Positions 1-11,432 are shown, numbered from the stretch's first letter. The stretch: 64,000 bases of DNA from Salinispira sp. (GCA_965226555.1 CBDDDG010000022.1:128001-192000), one strand, 5' to 3'. The notes: generated from the sequence alone by a model not told the origin. A program made the numbers and translations.

Positions 1-2016
1 TATTTTGCTGCTGCGTGTTGTGTACGTGAAAATATTTAACCGAAAATTTCCTCAGGCGGTAATTCAGGCAATAGCCGTAATAGCCGTAGTAACTGTCATT
101 GGCGGAATGAGCACGTTTTTACTCATAGATAATTTCAATTCCCGGTATACCGGCGTTATTTTTCAAAGAATTTCACAAATGATTCAACTCGTTCCGCTTG
201 TTATTGATGGAGACGATTTTGAAGAACTGAATTCACAGGCCGACTTCGGAAACCCTGCCTATATGTCACTTCGGCAGAAATTAATTGCGGCATACAATCA
301 AAACAAGGATGAGTGGAACAAAGGATATTATTTTGCCATCTACCGTATAATTGATGACAGGCTCTATGGGCTAATGTACCTTAACGGGCAGATCGGAATG
401 TTTCATCCCTTCGACTGGTTGGAAGGGCAGAAAATCCGGGAATCTATGATCTCACTCTGAATGGAGAAATTGGTACTGAAATGATTCAGGATATTACCGG
501 TGAGTGGATCTACGGAGTCGGCCCAATATACAACAGCGCTGGTGAGGTAGTCGGAATATTTGAAACAGGCACCGATCTGTATACTCTGACGGTTGAGAAC
601 CGCGCCCTTATTATTGATCTTATCTGGGAACTTGTTACCGTATGGATTGTGCTTATGCTGCTTCTAGTTGAGGTAAGCGCCCTGACCAGCCTCTTAAAAG
701 ATCGGGAAATGGCTCATATGCCCTATTCTCTCAATGATCAGAGTTTTTCAGATGGAAACCTTGCCCGTCCGCTTGTATTTCTCTATTTCACGGCGGTCAG
801 CTTTTCAATATCCTTCCTGCCGCTTTTCTCAAGGGACCTTGCTCAAGCGCTGCCCTCTGCAAACAGAGACATCCTTATTGCCCTGCCTCTTTCTCTGGAA
901 ATGGCATTTTTCGGGGCGGCTACTGTTGTTATCGGTTTATTTACCAAACATTATGGCTGGCGTTCTATTTTTTCACTAAGCCTTTTTCTTACCGGTTCCG
1001 GTTTACTTCTTTCAGCCCTGTCTCACTCCAGTACCTTTACCGAAGCATCGGCGAGTTCCGGTTTACTTTTTTCATCCCCGTCTCACTCATACTATCTTCT
1101 TATTGTTGCGCGCTCCATTACGGGTTTTGGCACAGGTATGGGATATATTGCGCTGCGCAGTTTTATAAACCTTGAGGGCAGGGATGAGATCCGCAACAAG
1201 GCATACTCCAATTTCTACTCAGGTATGATAGGAGGAATTAATGTTGGACTGGTTCTTGGCGCCTCGCTTGCGGCCTGGGTTGGGTATAGTAATGTCTTTG
1301 TTATCGGATTAGTTCTTCTGATAGTAACGGCGATTCTTTTTGCGACACTTTATAGAGATGCAAAATTTTTCTGGCCGCGAGAAGAATTGAGTGATCTCAC
1401 TCATAGGCAGGCTCTTTTTTCCCTTATTAAATCGCCGCGCCTTTGGGTCTATTTCATTTTCCTTCTTCTTCCGACCTATGCAGCTGCGGCCTATGTTGGA
1501 TTCTATTTTCCCCTATTCGGAGAAAATGTTCTGGGGCTCAGTACTTCGCAAATTGGCCGTTTTATGATAATGAATGGTCTTCTCATAGTGTATCTTGGTC
1601 CTCCGCTCAGCCGCTTCATTGAGCGTAAAATCGGAAATTACTGGGGGAGTGTTCTCGGATCCATTTTCTGGGGACTTATCCTCGTAATTGCCGGTCTTAC
1701 AGGTAATATTTTTGCTGTAGCCATAGTTCTTATACTTATGGGGCTCACGGAAGGTTTTGCGGTAAGTACCCAGAATGGGCTATATTTTTCCGAAAAGATT
1801 ATTAGTGTTGTTGGGCAGGATAGATCAACAGGGTATTTCGAGTTTTTCGGTAAAATTGGAGATACAATCGGACCGGTAATCTTTGCATCTGTTCTGATGC
1901 TTGGAGCGCGGACTGGTCTGATTACGCTTGGAATTGTCATTGCTACCATGACAGTGCCCTACATACTATTTATACGGAATCCGGACGGACGCAAAAAAAT
2001 CGCACGTGAAAACTAA
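1..2016 (+). CDS. Membrane protein with extracytoplasmic Cache-like sensor domain fused to a C-terminal MFS transporter; 5'-truncated by the window edge, frameshift at ~425-427
   Basis: ORFs 5..460 and 481..2016 join if one G is added to the GGG at 425-427, reading ...WLEG-AENPGIYDLTLNGEIGTEMIQDITGEW. This aligns with the sensor domain of the next gene. The C-terminal ~420 aa has about 12 hydrophobic segments and MFS-like 'ARSITGFGTG'. Confidence 0.75.
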
Positions 2017-4875
2017 AATCGTCATAAACAAAATATTTCTTTTTATTCTCATCGTGTTGATTAGCTCGATCATACTTTTTGCGGTGGGTAATCGTAACTC
2101 GCATAGAAATTTATTTGACAGACACGTCTATTTTGATTATCCGCAGTTCAGTGTTATGGATGATGACAACACCATATACATTATTGATACGAACCGACGC
2201 CGTATTCTGCTGGCCGATAATACCGGAGAATTGATAACGTCTATCTCCGAAGGAAAGCGGGAAGAAGGATCCTTTTATTACGCTGAGAAAATCATTCCCG
2301 CTTCTACCGATACATTTTTTGTTCTTAATTATGTTCTTGATATCAATGGAATGTTTGTTTTGAGGGAAGAGCTTATTGAATATGACAAACAGGGAAATTT
2401 CAAACGCATTTTCTACCAGCGGCGGTATGAAAATCGAAAAGCAACCCTGGTGCAGAGAGGCGAAATTTTCAGTCCGAAAGTATTTCAGGACTGGCTTTAC
2501 TTCTTCATTATTGATGAACAGCAAATTCGATTTATCCGTAAATCAACACAAAATGAATCAAGTGAAATCATTACAAGCCTGCCCTTTGAAGAGGCCATTG
2601 CCTATGTTGCGGACATTGAATGGCTCGATTCAGAAAATTTTCTTATTCTTGATAAACGGGGGTTTATGACTCGAGGTGATATCGGGCGGCACTATGCAAA
2701 CCATATACTATCATCAGGATAACAACATAAACAGCACAAACGATGGCGGAATTGATTTTTTGCCCGCCGATAATCTCTGGAATATGACTATTTCAGGAAA
2801 TGGATTGCTGTATATTACCGATCTTATTAATCGCCGGATTGTTTCTATACCGCTTTCAGATATCAATTCTTCAGAGGAAGATACCTTTGAAGTTTCATAC
2901 ACTGTTGTGATGGAACCTGAGATACTGGCGGCCGCGGGTTTTTCCGATGAACCATTTATTTACTATCAGATCGGATCAGCACCAAATGGCTTTGTAACTG
3001 CCTATGAAATTGGGGTATATTTTGCTGATACAGAAGGAAAATTTAAGCATTATCAGTCCTTTACTCTTCCGTTTGCTGAAATAATTATTACCTTTTGTTG
3101 GTGGCTGGGAATTATTTCCGGTTCAATTTCATTAACCATCGGCATTTTCTATGTGTTTACAAGAATTCTCAAGGGCCGAATTTCATTAATGGCCAAGCAA
3201 TCTCTTATTATTTTGCCACTTCTTGGAGGCGGTATAATACTTATCGCCAGCATTCTACTTCAGACATTTATTACCCAATATGAAGCAAGTAATATTGATA
3301 AATTACTCTCCCTGACTCAAACCATAAGTCAGAGTATAGATGGCGATGTGTTTTACGGGGTTACGAATCAGGGCGATTACATGAATGATTCATATCGAAG
3401 GATTAGAGAGAAGCTGAGAGGGGCATTAAATTATAATCAGGATAGTTGGAACGAAGGGTTTTATTTTGCGCTGTATCAGGTCATTAATGAAAACCTTTAT
3501 GGCTATATGTACTTGAATAATTTAATTGGTCTCCGGCATTTATTTAACTGGTATGAAGATCCACAGAGTATTTACCGCTATGCCTATGAAGGTTCTGTTG
3601 TTTTTGAGCAGGCCGAAGATATCAGCGGAAGTTTTCTGTATGCGGTGGCTCCGATTTATGATTCATTAGGCCAGCCTGTTGCCTTACTGGAAATTGGTTC
3701 AGATCTATATTATTTCAGACAGAATGTTCAGCAAGTATATAATCGTACCGTCTTGTATATGTCCTTTGTTGGGCTTACGCTTATCATATTTATTCTTCTG
3801 ATGACCTTCCTCATTCTCAGAAATCTTGGTGTTTTGCGAAGGGGTGTCGAGCGTATTGCCGAAGGCGAATGGTCCCATAAGATAGCGCTGAAAAGTAATG
3901 ATGAAGTAAGTGAGCTTGGCGAACGTTTCAATTATATGAGCGATTCAATTCATAATTATTTGAATCAAATTCAACTTTTAAATAGCAGTTATCAGAAATT
4001 TTTTCCCGATGATTTTCTCCAGCACCTTGATCTTAGGAGTGTTACTGAAGTAAAGCTGGGCGATCAGGTAGAAAAGAATATGAGTATCTTATTTTCAGAT
4101 ATCCGCTCCTTCACATCAATATCCGAAAATCTTACTCCGGCGGAGAATTTTAATTTTCTTAATGAATATCTGAAAATAATTGCCCCTATTATCCGTAAAA
4201 ACCAGGGCTTCATTGATAAATATGTTGGTGATGCCATTATGGCTCTTTTCCCATCGGTTGCCGATGATGCCGTCAAAACTGCCATTGATATGGTCACGAA
4301 TCTTAAGGAATTTAATTACCAACAGACTACTCTGCCGGAAATAAAAATCGGAATCGGTATACATACCGGTAAGGTAATGCTTGGTATTTTGGGTGAACAG
4401 CAGCGTATGGAAGCAACTGTTATCGCCGATTCCGTTAATTTTGCCGCCAGACTCGAATCGCTTTCAAAACATGCGGGAGCTACAATAATTGTAAGCGAAG
4501 ATACCATGAACCAGATAAGTAACCAGGAACATTTCCTGAAGCGCTATCTTGGCCGTGTTCAAGTCGTGGAGAAAGGATGAAGCAATGCGTATTTATGAAA
4601 TTCTCAGTGGTTTGCCTGAAAAGGAGCTCGAAAATAAGTTGCGATGCAAGAGCATGCTCATGAAGGGAATTCAATCTTTTGAGGAGGGCGATTTACAAAC
4701 TGCTCTGGATAGTTTCTCACAATTACGAAAAGACCCGTTTAATGAAAAAATAGCTACACTTTATATTAGTTGCATTAAACACTATCACCACCGCTTGGAT
4801 GTTGCCGCCCGGCATGAGGAAGAATCACCTGAATGGAATGGTGTTCTCCACATTGTCAGTAAAGTAAAGGGATAG
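2006..4875 (+). CDS. Membrane-bound class III adenylate/guanylate cyclase (N-terminal NHL/beta-propeller-like region, sensor domain, HAMP, cyclase); split by frameshifts at ~2680 and ~4570
   Basis: ORFs 2006..2722, 2676..4580 and 4549..4875. Cyclase motifs ILFSDIRSFT, IDKYVGDAIMALF, GIGIHTG, DSVNFAARLE. HAMP 'SNDEVSELGERFNYM'. The third piece continues the typical 'K.EAMRIYE...WNGV' cyclase tail. Confidence 0.85.
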
Positions 4876-4885
4876 GACTTGCCTC

Positions 4886-5888
4886 GTGAAAAGGAAAATT
4901 TGTTTATTTATCGGAAGTTACCGGCCAGTTGTCAGCAGACGCGACAGCGGTGAGGAACTTATTAAGGCGCTGCTGCCCCAGGGTTTAAACCTGACAACTG
5001 TTTATCTGCGCCCGGATGACCCACTCCGCAAAAAAAAATACAAGAATTGCGCTATCAAGACTATTCCGCAGATCATGCGTCAACCGAGAAAACACATTGT
5101 TAAAAGTTTCAAAGAAAACGAGTTTACCGCAGACTGGAAAAGCTGGATGGATGACTTCCGATTGGAAAACTATGATCTCGGTATTGTCTATTTTGGCAGT
5201 TGGATTCCTCCTGAACTCTTCAATACACCAAAATATGGATTCATAAATTTTCATCCTGGTCCATTACCATCGTTGAGAGGATTTGAGGCTGAGACATGGG
5301 CAATACTTTCCGACATGCGTTATTTTTATGGGACAGTTCACAGAGTCAGTGAAAATTATGATGAGGGAGAAATTATCTGGCGTACGCAAAAGGTGCGGAT
5401 CCGTCAAAAAGAAACTCCTACTTCCATTCTGCAGCGTGTTTGTTATGCTGGTATAAAAAACAATTCATAAAGTGACGCAGCAATTTCTTGCAGGAAGGCT
5501 GAACACAATAAGCCAAAAGGCGGAAGATGGTATTCTGGCATCAGTGAAATTTGTTTCTTCCTATGCCAAGGTGGACTGGGCGAAAGACAGTTTGAACATT
5601 CTGAACCGAAAAAATAGGGCCTTTAACGGTCAATATATATCTGTTTCGCTTACACTTAATCATAAAGGACAGGAACGAATTATCAGAGATCTTCATGTCA
5701 TTCCCGGGGAACAGGAAGGGGGACTTGGCAAATATCTTGGAAAATATCCGAATCCCGGTCATTTTCAGGGAAAAGATATGTTTCAGGCCCTCGATGGTAT
5801 TGTGATTTTTGACTTTCTTCCGCTTGGTTCAACAAAACCACTGCGTGCCGCCGTTTTTGCTGAATATAATGACAAAACCTATTCCTGA
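4886..5888 (+). CDS. Formyltransferase (Fmt-like fold), split by a frameshift at the A-run near 5455-5460
   Basis: INFHPGPLPSLRG, GTVHRVSENYDEGEII formyltransferase motifs. ORF 5472..5888 continues in frame if one A is removed. Confidence 0.75.
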
Positions 5889-5903
5889 AATCTTTGCACA
5901 CAT

Positions 5904-5955
5904 AAAGTTTGCATTGGAAAATTGTGCAGAGCACAATTTCCAGTAGCAAAACTTT
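5904..5955. repeat. Dispersed palindromic element, long form
   Basis: AAAGTTTGCATTGGAAAATTGTGC-AGA-GCACAATTTCCAGTAGCAAAACTTT between convergent genes; near-identical copies at 13387 and 39332. Confidence 0.85.
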
Positions 5956-5963
5956 CGATGACA

Positions 5964-7328
5964 CTAATTATGATCAATAACCGAGATTGATTGCCACTTT
6001 CCCTTAATATAGCGGGAGGACATGGCACAGCCTAGGCAGATAACAAATACAATGAACAGCAGCCATGTACTTATTGGTGGAATTTTGACCAGCCGAACAA
6101 AAACTATAACAGAAATGGCGTAGAACCAATGAATGAGTACCGACACGCGCATTACCCAATGCGTATCACCTGCTCCACGCAGAGCACAGGCAAAAATGAG
6201 CTGGGTCATATCGGCCAAAATATAAATTGATGCAAGCCGCAGCATTGTTCTCGAAAGTTTCAGATATTCATCACCGACATCTTTAAATTGTGCCGCAAAC
6301 AAGTTCACAAGTGCTTCGGCGCCAAATAAAAATATCAGCATCATAATGCCGCCGTAGAACAAACTTATTTTCCAGGACATGAAACCGGCCTTTCTGGCAA
6401 TCTGCGGTTTTTTTGCCCCCATGTACCGTCCGACAATTGATGTTGTCGCCGCTCCGAGGCCGGCCATCGGTATAAATACAACTTGATCATAATTCAGTGT
6501 AATAGTTACTGCGGCAGCAACTTCTGCCCCATATGAATGAAGAAGCTGCAGTCCAATGTTGAAGGCCATTATGTTTAAAAAAAGATTTCCTCCGGCAGGA
6601 GCGCCGAATTTGATCAGTTTGATGAATATTTCCTTATCAAAAGACCACAATCTGTTATGTTTGTTCATTTTGTACCCATGGGAACAAAGATAAAAGATAA
6701 AGAGAATGCCGTTGATGATAATAATACTGAAAAGTGTTGCGTAAGCAGCTCCCCGTAAACCGAGTGCGGGAAAACCGAATTTGCCAAAGATCAGTACATA
6801 ATTGAGCGGTATATTGATGAATACCCCGATAACATTGGCAATGAATACAAGATTGGTTTTTCCAATACCGATAAAGTAGCTGCCGAAAGCAGTGCGCAGC
6901 AGTGTGAAAATTGAGCCTGCCATAAGAATACGCACATATAAATATTCATACGCAATTTGTTCGGGAGTATGACCAGCAAGAATGAATGTAAGGCGAACAA
7001 TTGGAATGGCAGCTACAATGATGGGCCAGGCTATAAAGGATAATATGATCCCCTGACTGAGAGTCTTTCGTCCATGTTGTAGTTTTCCTGCTCCATAAAA
7101 TTGGGCAACGAGAGCATTGATGTATCCTATGAGGCCAATAAAAAAACTTTGAAAGACAAAATTACTTATTCCTCCGCTGAGAGCGGCAGACATAACCGTG
7201 ATATTGACCCGAGACAGAAAAAGACGGTCAAAAAAGAACATGGTTGTCTCAGATGCCTGAGATGCAACCATCGGAAGAGCAATTATCAGAATTTCACGGT
7301 ATGTGAGTTTATCGGATGTGACAGACAT
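5964..7328 (-). CDS. MATE family efflux transporter
   Basis: 454 aa, about 12 TM segments, MATE motifs 'AQFYGAGK', 'LNYVLIFGKFGFPALGLRGAAYAT', 'ALRGAGDT'. Confidence 0.92.
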   Translation of the reverse strand: MSVTSDKLTYREILIIALPMVASQASETTMFFFDRLFLSRVNITVMSAALSGGISNFVFQSFFIGLIGYINALVAQFYGAGKLQHGRKTLSQGIILSFIAWPIIVAAIPIVRLTFILAGHTPEQIAYEYLYVRILMAGSIFTLLRTAFGSYFIGIGKTNLVFIANVIGVFINIPLNYVLIFGKFGFPALGLRGAAYATLFSIIIINGILFIFYLCSHGYKMNKHNRLWSFDKEIFIKLIKFGAPAGGNLFLNIMAFNIGLQLLHSYGAEVAAAVTITLNYDQVVFIPMAGLGAATTSIVGRYMGAKKPQIARKAGFMSWKISLFYGGIMMLIFLFGAEALVNLFAAQFKDVGDEYLKLSRTMLRLASIYILADMTQLIFACALRGAGDTHWVMRVSVLIHWFYAISVIVFVRLVKIPPISTWLLFIVFVICLGCAMSSRYIKGKWQSISVIDHN

Positions 7329-7356
7329 AGATACTTATATCACATATATTCATACT

Positions 7357-8220
7357 ATGAAACTTAATCCCAAATATCTGCGTGAATATGATCTTATTCA
7401 GAAAACAGGCAATTCCCCCATAACCGGAAAAATGATCCGGGCAGTCCTCAAGGATCTTGGTATTGAACAGGGTTGTCGGCTTATGATGCACTGCTCACTT
7501 CGCAGTATCGGTTGGCATGTGGGAGGGAGTAGAATGCTTCTGGAAGCTGTTATGAATCAGATCGGAGAGAAGGGACTACTTCTCATGCCTGCCCACAGTA
7601 ATGATTGCAGCGATCCGGAAGACTGGGGTAACCCCCCTGTTCCCGATGCTTGGAAACCCATTATCCGTAAGGAAATGCCTCCATTTGATCCAAATCGGAC
7701 ATCTGCGCTTCGCGTAGGAGCAACGGCGGAATTGTTCCGAACCCTGCCGGGAGTGCACCGCAGCAGTCATCCCCTGCTTAGTGTTGCCGCATGGGGGAAT
7801 GGTGCTCGGGAAATAACAGCGGATCATGCTCTCGATTATCCGAACGGCATGGCTAGTCCGCTTGCCAGACTCTATGAACATGGAGCGGTAATTCTTCTGT
7901 ATGGAGTTACGTATGCAAATTGTACCATGCTTCATCTGGCGGAATACCGCGCGCAATGGCCAGGGAAAAAGGCGATAGTGATAAAAGCGCCAGTATCTCG
8001 GGTGAATGGGAATACTCACTGGGAAGAACTCAAAGACTATGACTATGACATGGATGATTTCATGAACATTGGTACTGCCATGGAAGAACAGGGGGTTTCA
8101 TGGATTCGTCAAAAAAACCTTGGAATCGGCACTCTGCGTGCCATTAATTGCAGAGAATTTGTTGATTTTGCGGTTGGGTGGATGGAAGAGCATCGGGATG
8201 AAACGGGTTTTCCCCTATGA
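7357..8220 (+). CDS. Aminoglycoside N3-acetyltransferase family (AAC(3)/YokD-like)
   Basis: 'LMMHCSLRSIGW', 'RSSHPLLSVAAWG', 'SPLARLY', 'CTMLHLAEYRA'. ATG at 7357 preferred over the 7303 start, which overlaps the MATE gene. Confidence 0.88.
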   Translation: MKLNPKYLREYDLIQKTGNSPITGKMIRAVLKDLGIEQGCRLMMHCSLRSIGWHVGGSRMLLEAVMNQIGEKGLLLMPAHSNDCSDPEDWGNPPVPDAWKPIIRKEMPPFDPNRTSALRVGATAELFRTLPGVHRSSHPLLSVAAWGNGAREITADHALDYPNGMASPLARLYEHGAVILLYGVTYANCTMLHLAEYRAQWPGKKAIVIKAPVSRVNGNTHWEELKDYDYDMDDFMNIGTAMEEQGVSWIRQKNLGIGTLRAINCREFVDFAVGWMEEHRDETGFPL

Positions 8221-8229
8221 AACGTGAGA

Positions 8230-9405
8230 CTAAAAAATGAACCCTACGCCGACTTCAGCCCCGTATCCGCCGAGGCGGTGGTTTGCGAAGGTATCGCCGT
8301 CCTCGCCAATTTGGGCATTTAGGGTAAAGTACAGGGTGAACCCCTGGTAGAGGTTGAAACTTCCCTGCGCAATAATAATTGCAGAGAGATCAATCGGTGA
8401 AACAATTGAACGCAGAGAAGCGGTGAAAATACGGTCCACAGTGAAGGAAGTTTCCGCATATCCGTATATCCCCAAAGGAGAAACAGCGCCGCTCACGCCG
8501 CTCATTCCTCCTGCATCAGCATTCACACTGAAGGGATGGGCGAGGTCTACAAGAAGTTCTGCCCGCATACCGAAGCCGAATTCCGAGCCTCCGTCTTCGG
8601 GAATAAAATTTTCAAAGAAAAATAGTCCGCCGCTTGCCTGCAGTCCCGTAAAAAAATCTTCCGCGCTCCCTCCTACATGTTCTTCGCTCAGCGATATGGA
8701 AGAATTGAGAAACCAGTTGAGCCCTTCACCGCCCTGTAAACTCACATATACTTGATGAAGATCATCCATTCCCTTGAAAAGATATCCGCCCTCCAGTTTC
8801 AGGGAGATATCGGCAAACTCGGTAAGAAAACGCCCCCCGAATGACGGAAGGTCGGTAAGCGGCGCCGGGTCGACAAACGGCATCGGCGGAAGGATAAGTG
8901 CTTCCAGAAACGAGAAACGATCAATGGGAATGTAAATACTGCCCAGCCATGCGCTATTATCGCGCAGTTCTTCCGCAGAGAAGTTGACATTAAGATCGCC
9001 GGAATCGGCAAGAAGATCTCCAGAGTTGAAAACAAAACCCTCACCCCATGAAATTATTGTCTTTCCAATGGTCAGACGCAGGGAATCGAAACGAATACCC
9101 AAATACATCTTATCGAGAATAATTTCAGAACTTTCCGGACGAATAGTGCTAACATTGGCAAGCAAACTGAGATGTCCCTTCACATTTCGGTTACCTCGTG
9201 CATCAAGAGTGAACCGTCCGCTGCCATTAATACCATAAACAGCAGCCGGATCTTCAGGCGCCGGATCAGAATCCGGATTAAGAGCAAGGCTGTTTTTCAG
9301 ATCAATGCGGACCGAGCTTTGAATTTCAGCAGACAGAGCAGACGGAATTATCAGCCCAGCCAGAATACAGAAAAGAATAAAGACATTCCTTCCCGCTATT
9401 GCCAT
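8230..9405 (-). CDS. Putative outer-membrane beta-barrel protein
   Basis: Signal peptide, alternating hydrophobic strands, 'LTIGKTIISWGEG', C-terminal ...VGVGFIF; last gene of the Lol-like operon. Confidence 0.6.
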   Translation of the reverse strand: MAIAGRNVFILFCILAGLIIPSALSAEIQSSVRIDLKNSLALNPDSDPAPEDPAAVYGINGSGRFTLDARGNRNVKGHLSLLANVSTIRPESSEIILDKMYLGIRFDSLRLTIGKTIISWGEGFVFNSGDLLADSGDLNVNFSAEELRDNSAWLGSIYIPIDRFSFLEALILPPMPFVDPAPLTDLPSFGGRFLTEFADISLKLEGGYLFKGMDDLHQVYVSLQGGEGLNWFLNSSISLSEEHVGGSAEDFFTGLQASGGLFFFENFIPEDGGSEFGFGMRAELLVDLAHPFSVNADAGGMSGVSGAVSPLGIYGYAETSFTVDRIFTASLRSIVSPIDLSAIIIAQGSFNLYQGFTLYFTLNAQIGEDGDTFANHRLGGYGAEVGVGFIF

Positions 9406-9415
9406 GTCAATTCCT

Positions 9416-10156
9416 CTACCATGTCAATTCCTCAATTGAGAAGAAATCGATATCCAGCGGATAGTCTGGTTCAATATCGTCAATGATAAATTCAGTATAG
9501 GAATTTTTCTTGAGTGTATCATCAATACGTATGTGAACCGGAACGGTATACTTACCAATATCCTGAAAATCGAGAACCGATTCTTCCTTTATGAGGCGAT
9601 TGCTCAGGGAGTATTTTTCAGAGCCGACGCCATTCAAATTGTCATCAATCCAGATAATCTGGCGGGGGTAGGGAACAGATGCTTTTTTTGCCTTGAGTTC
9701 AATACGGTAAAGTTCTCCTCCCGCATCCTGCTCTTCTATCTGAAAAGCGGTAACCTCATAATCGGTTAACATGGATCTTTCCCCCGTGAGATCTTCATAG
9801 CTGGCATCACTGCCGAGGATGCCGTCTCCGAGAGCCGAACCAAAAAGGCGAATAACTTCCTCAGCGTCCGGATAATAAATATAGATATCATCATCGCTGC
9901 GCAGGATTTTCTGTCCGAATTCTTCCACACTGGTAAATTCAATGAGACTGTAATCGCTTCCGAGTGAGTAACTGTCAAAGCTACTAATTTTTTCCCCAAA
10001 GCGGTCATGTATAATAAGTCTTCCGCTCACGAAAGCACTGCTAAATACTTCCTTATCCTCCATCTGACGAATGATATTTTCGGCTTCACCAAACTGCGCA
10101 AGCAGCGGAAGTGAGATGCTTAATAGTATACATACCGCAAGTATATTTCTCTTCAT
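9416..10156 (-). CDS. Outer membrane lipoprotein-sorting (LolA-like) protein
   Basis: Signal peptide; 'GQKILR...IYIYYP', 'LGSDASYEDL' motif typical of LolA-like family. Confidence 0.85.
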   Translation of the reverse strand: MKRNILAVCILLSISLPLLAQFGEAENIIRQMEDKEVFSSAFVSGRLIIHDRFGEKISSFDSYSLGSDYSLIEFTSVEEFGQKILRSDDDIYIYYPDAEEVIRLFGSALGDGILGSDASYEDLTGERSMLTDYEVTAFQIEEQDAGGELYRIELKAKKASVPYPRQIIWIDDNLNGVGSEKYSLSNRLIKEESVLDFQDIGKYTVPVHIRIDDTLKKNSYTEFIIDDIEPDYPLDIDFFSIEELTW

Positions 10157-10176
10157 ATATGGACTCCTCTATTCCT

Positions 10177-11406
10177 TTATATTGACCGCATTGCCTCAAC
10201 AGGTTTGATCTTTGCCGCGCGGCGCGAAGGCAGCAGGCTGATTCCTGAAGCGACAAAAATACCTGTTACTAAGGCGATAATAATGTTGTAAACAGTAAGT
10301 TTCGGATACATAATTCCGCTGATCTGAAAATCTATTCCCCCCATCGCATCAGTGAAATCAATTCCTGTCTGTTCGAGAACAAGCGTGAGAATAGATCCGG
10401 CAACAACCCCTATTACCGAGCCGATAGCGCTAATAAAGAACGATTCCATGAAGAACATTTTCACAATGTTTTTGCCCTCCATACCCATACTCGCCAGAGT
10501 TCCAATTTCTTTTGTGCGTTCGAAAATTATCATCATAATTGTATTGATAATGACAGTAGACGCAAGGAGATAGAATATCATACCAATGATATAATACGAT
10601 ATCTGCGCGAGGGCAATAAACATGTAGGCTGAAGGAATTTCCCGCCATGACTCAACGGCCGCATCAGCATTTATTCCTTCCCGCTGAAAATCTGCCAACA
10701 CTGATGATGCCGCCTCGGCGCCTTCGCGAGTACTCACTCCATTTTCTGTGTGAAGAAGAATATCGACAACCCTATCTCCCATTTTTGTAAACCGCTGCGC
10801 GGTACTCAGGGGAATGTATGCTCCATGATTCAGATCATTCAGAGGAAGGGCGGCAATGCCGACAACCTCAAAGGTCATTCCATTACTGGCTCTGCGGAGC
10901 GTCATTGTTACGGCAGTAAATTTGTCGCCAACGGTAACCCCCAGTTCTTCGGCTGCCTTTTTTCCGAGAATAACCTCCCGTCCTTCAGGAATGCGGCCTT
11001 CAATGAGAAAATCCTGTATGTTGAAAGGATCTTCTGAAAACTGAAGTCCTGTCATTAACAGACCGAGTTCTTCATCGTTCCGGAAAACAGCAGTAGGAAA
11101 ACGAATTCGTCCTCCTGCAGAAGCAAAACCCTCCGTCTCTCCAAGCTCCTCCAGAACTGCAGAGGCATTTTCGATACTGAGATGAAGCGGATTAAGGTTG
11201 GCATTTTTCTCAAACTCAGTATGACGCACGCGTATTTCACCGAAATAATAGCGCCGTAAATTATCCCTCATTTCAGCGGAGAGTCCGGCAAAAATTGAAA
11301 AGAGCAAGAGAATACTCATGGCGGCAATGGCAATGGCCGATGCTGCCAGAAGACTTCGCCGCTTATTGCGCAAAACATTGCGCCAGGCCATCGTATTGTT
11401 TTTCAT
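10177..11406 (-). CDS. ABC transporter permease, FtsX/LolE-like
   Basis: 'AWRNVLRNKRRS', 'ERTKEIGTLASMGM', 'PSRRAAKIKPVEAMR'. Confidence 0.92.
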   Translation of the reverse strand: MKNNTMAWRNVLRNKRRSLLAASAIAIAAMSILLLFSIFAGLSAEMRDNLRRYYFGEIRVRHTEFEKNANLNPLHLSIENASAVLEELGETEGFASAGGRIRFPTAVFRNDEELGLLMTGLQFSEDPFNIQDFLIEGRIPEGREVILGKKAAEELGVTVGDKFTAVTMTLRRASNGMTFEVVGIAALPLNDLNHGAYIPLSTAQRFTKMGDRVVDILLHTENGVSTREGAEAASSVLADFQREGINADAAVESWREIPSAYMFIALAQISYYIIGMIFYLLASTVIINTIMMIIFERTKEIGTLASMGMEGKNIVKMFFMESFFISAIGSVIGVVAGSILTLVLEQTGIDFTDAMGGIDFQISGIMYPKLTVYNIIIALVTGIFVASGISLLPSRRAAKIKPVEAMRSI

Positions 11407-11432
11407 ATCAACATTCTCCTCATGCTATGAAA

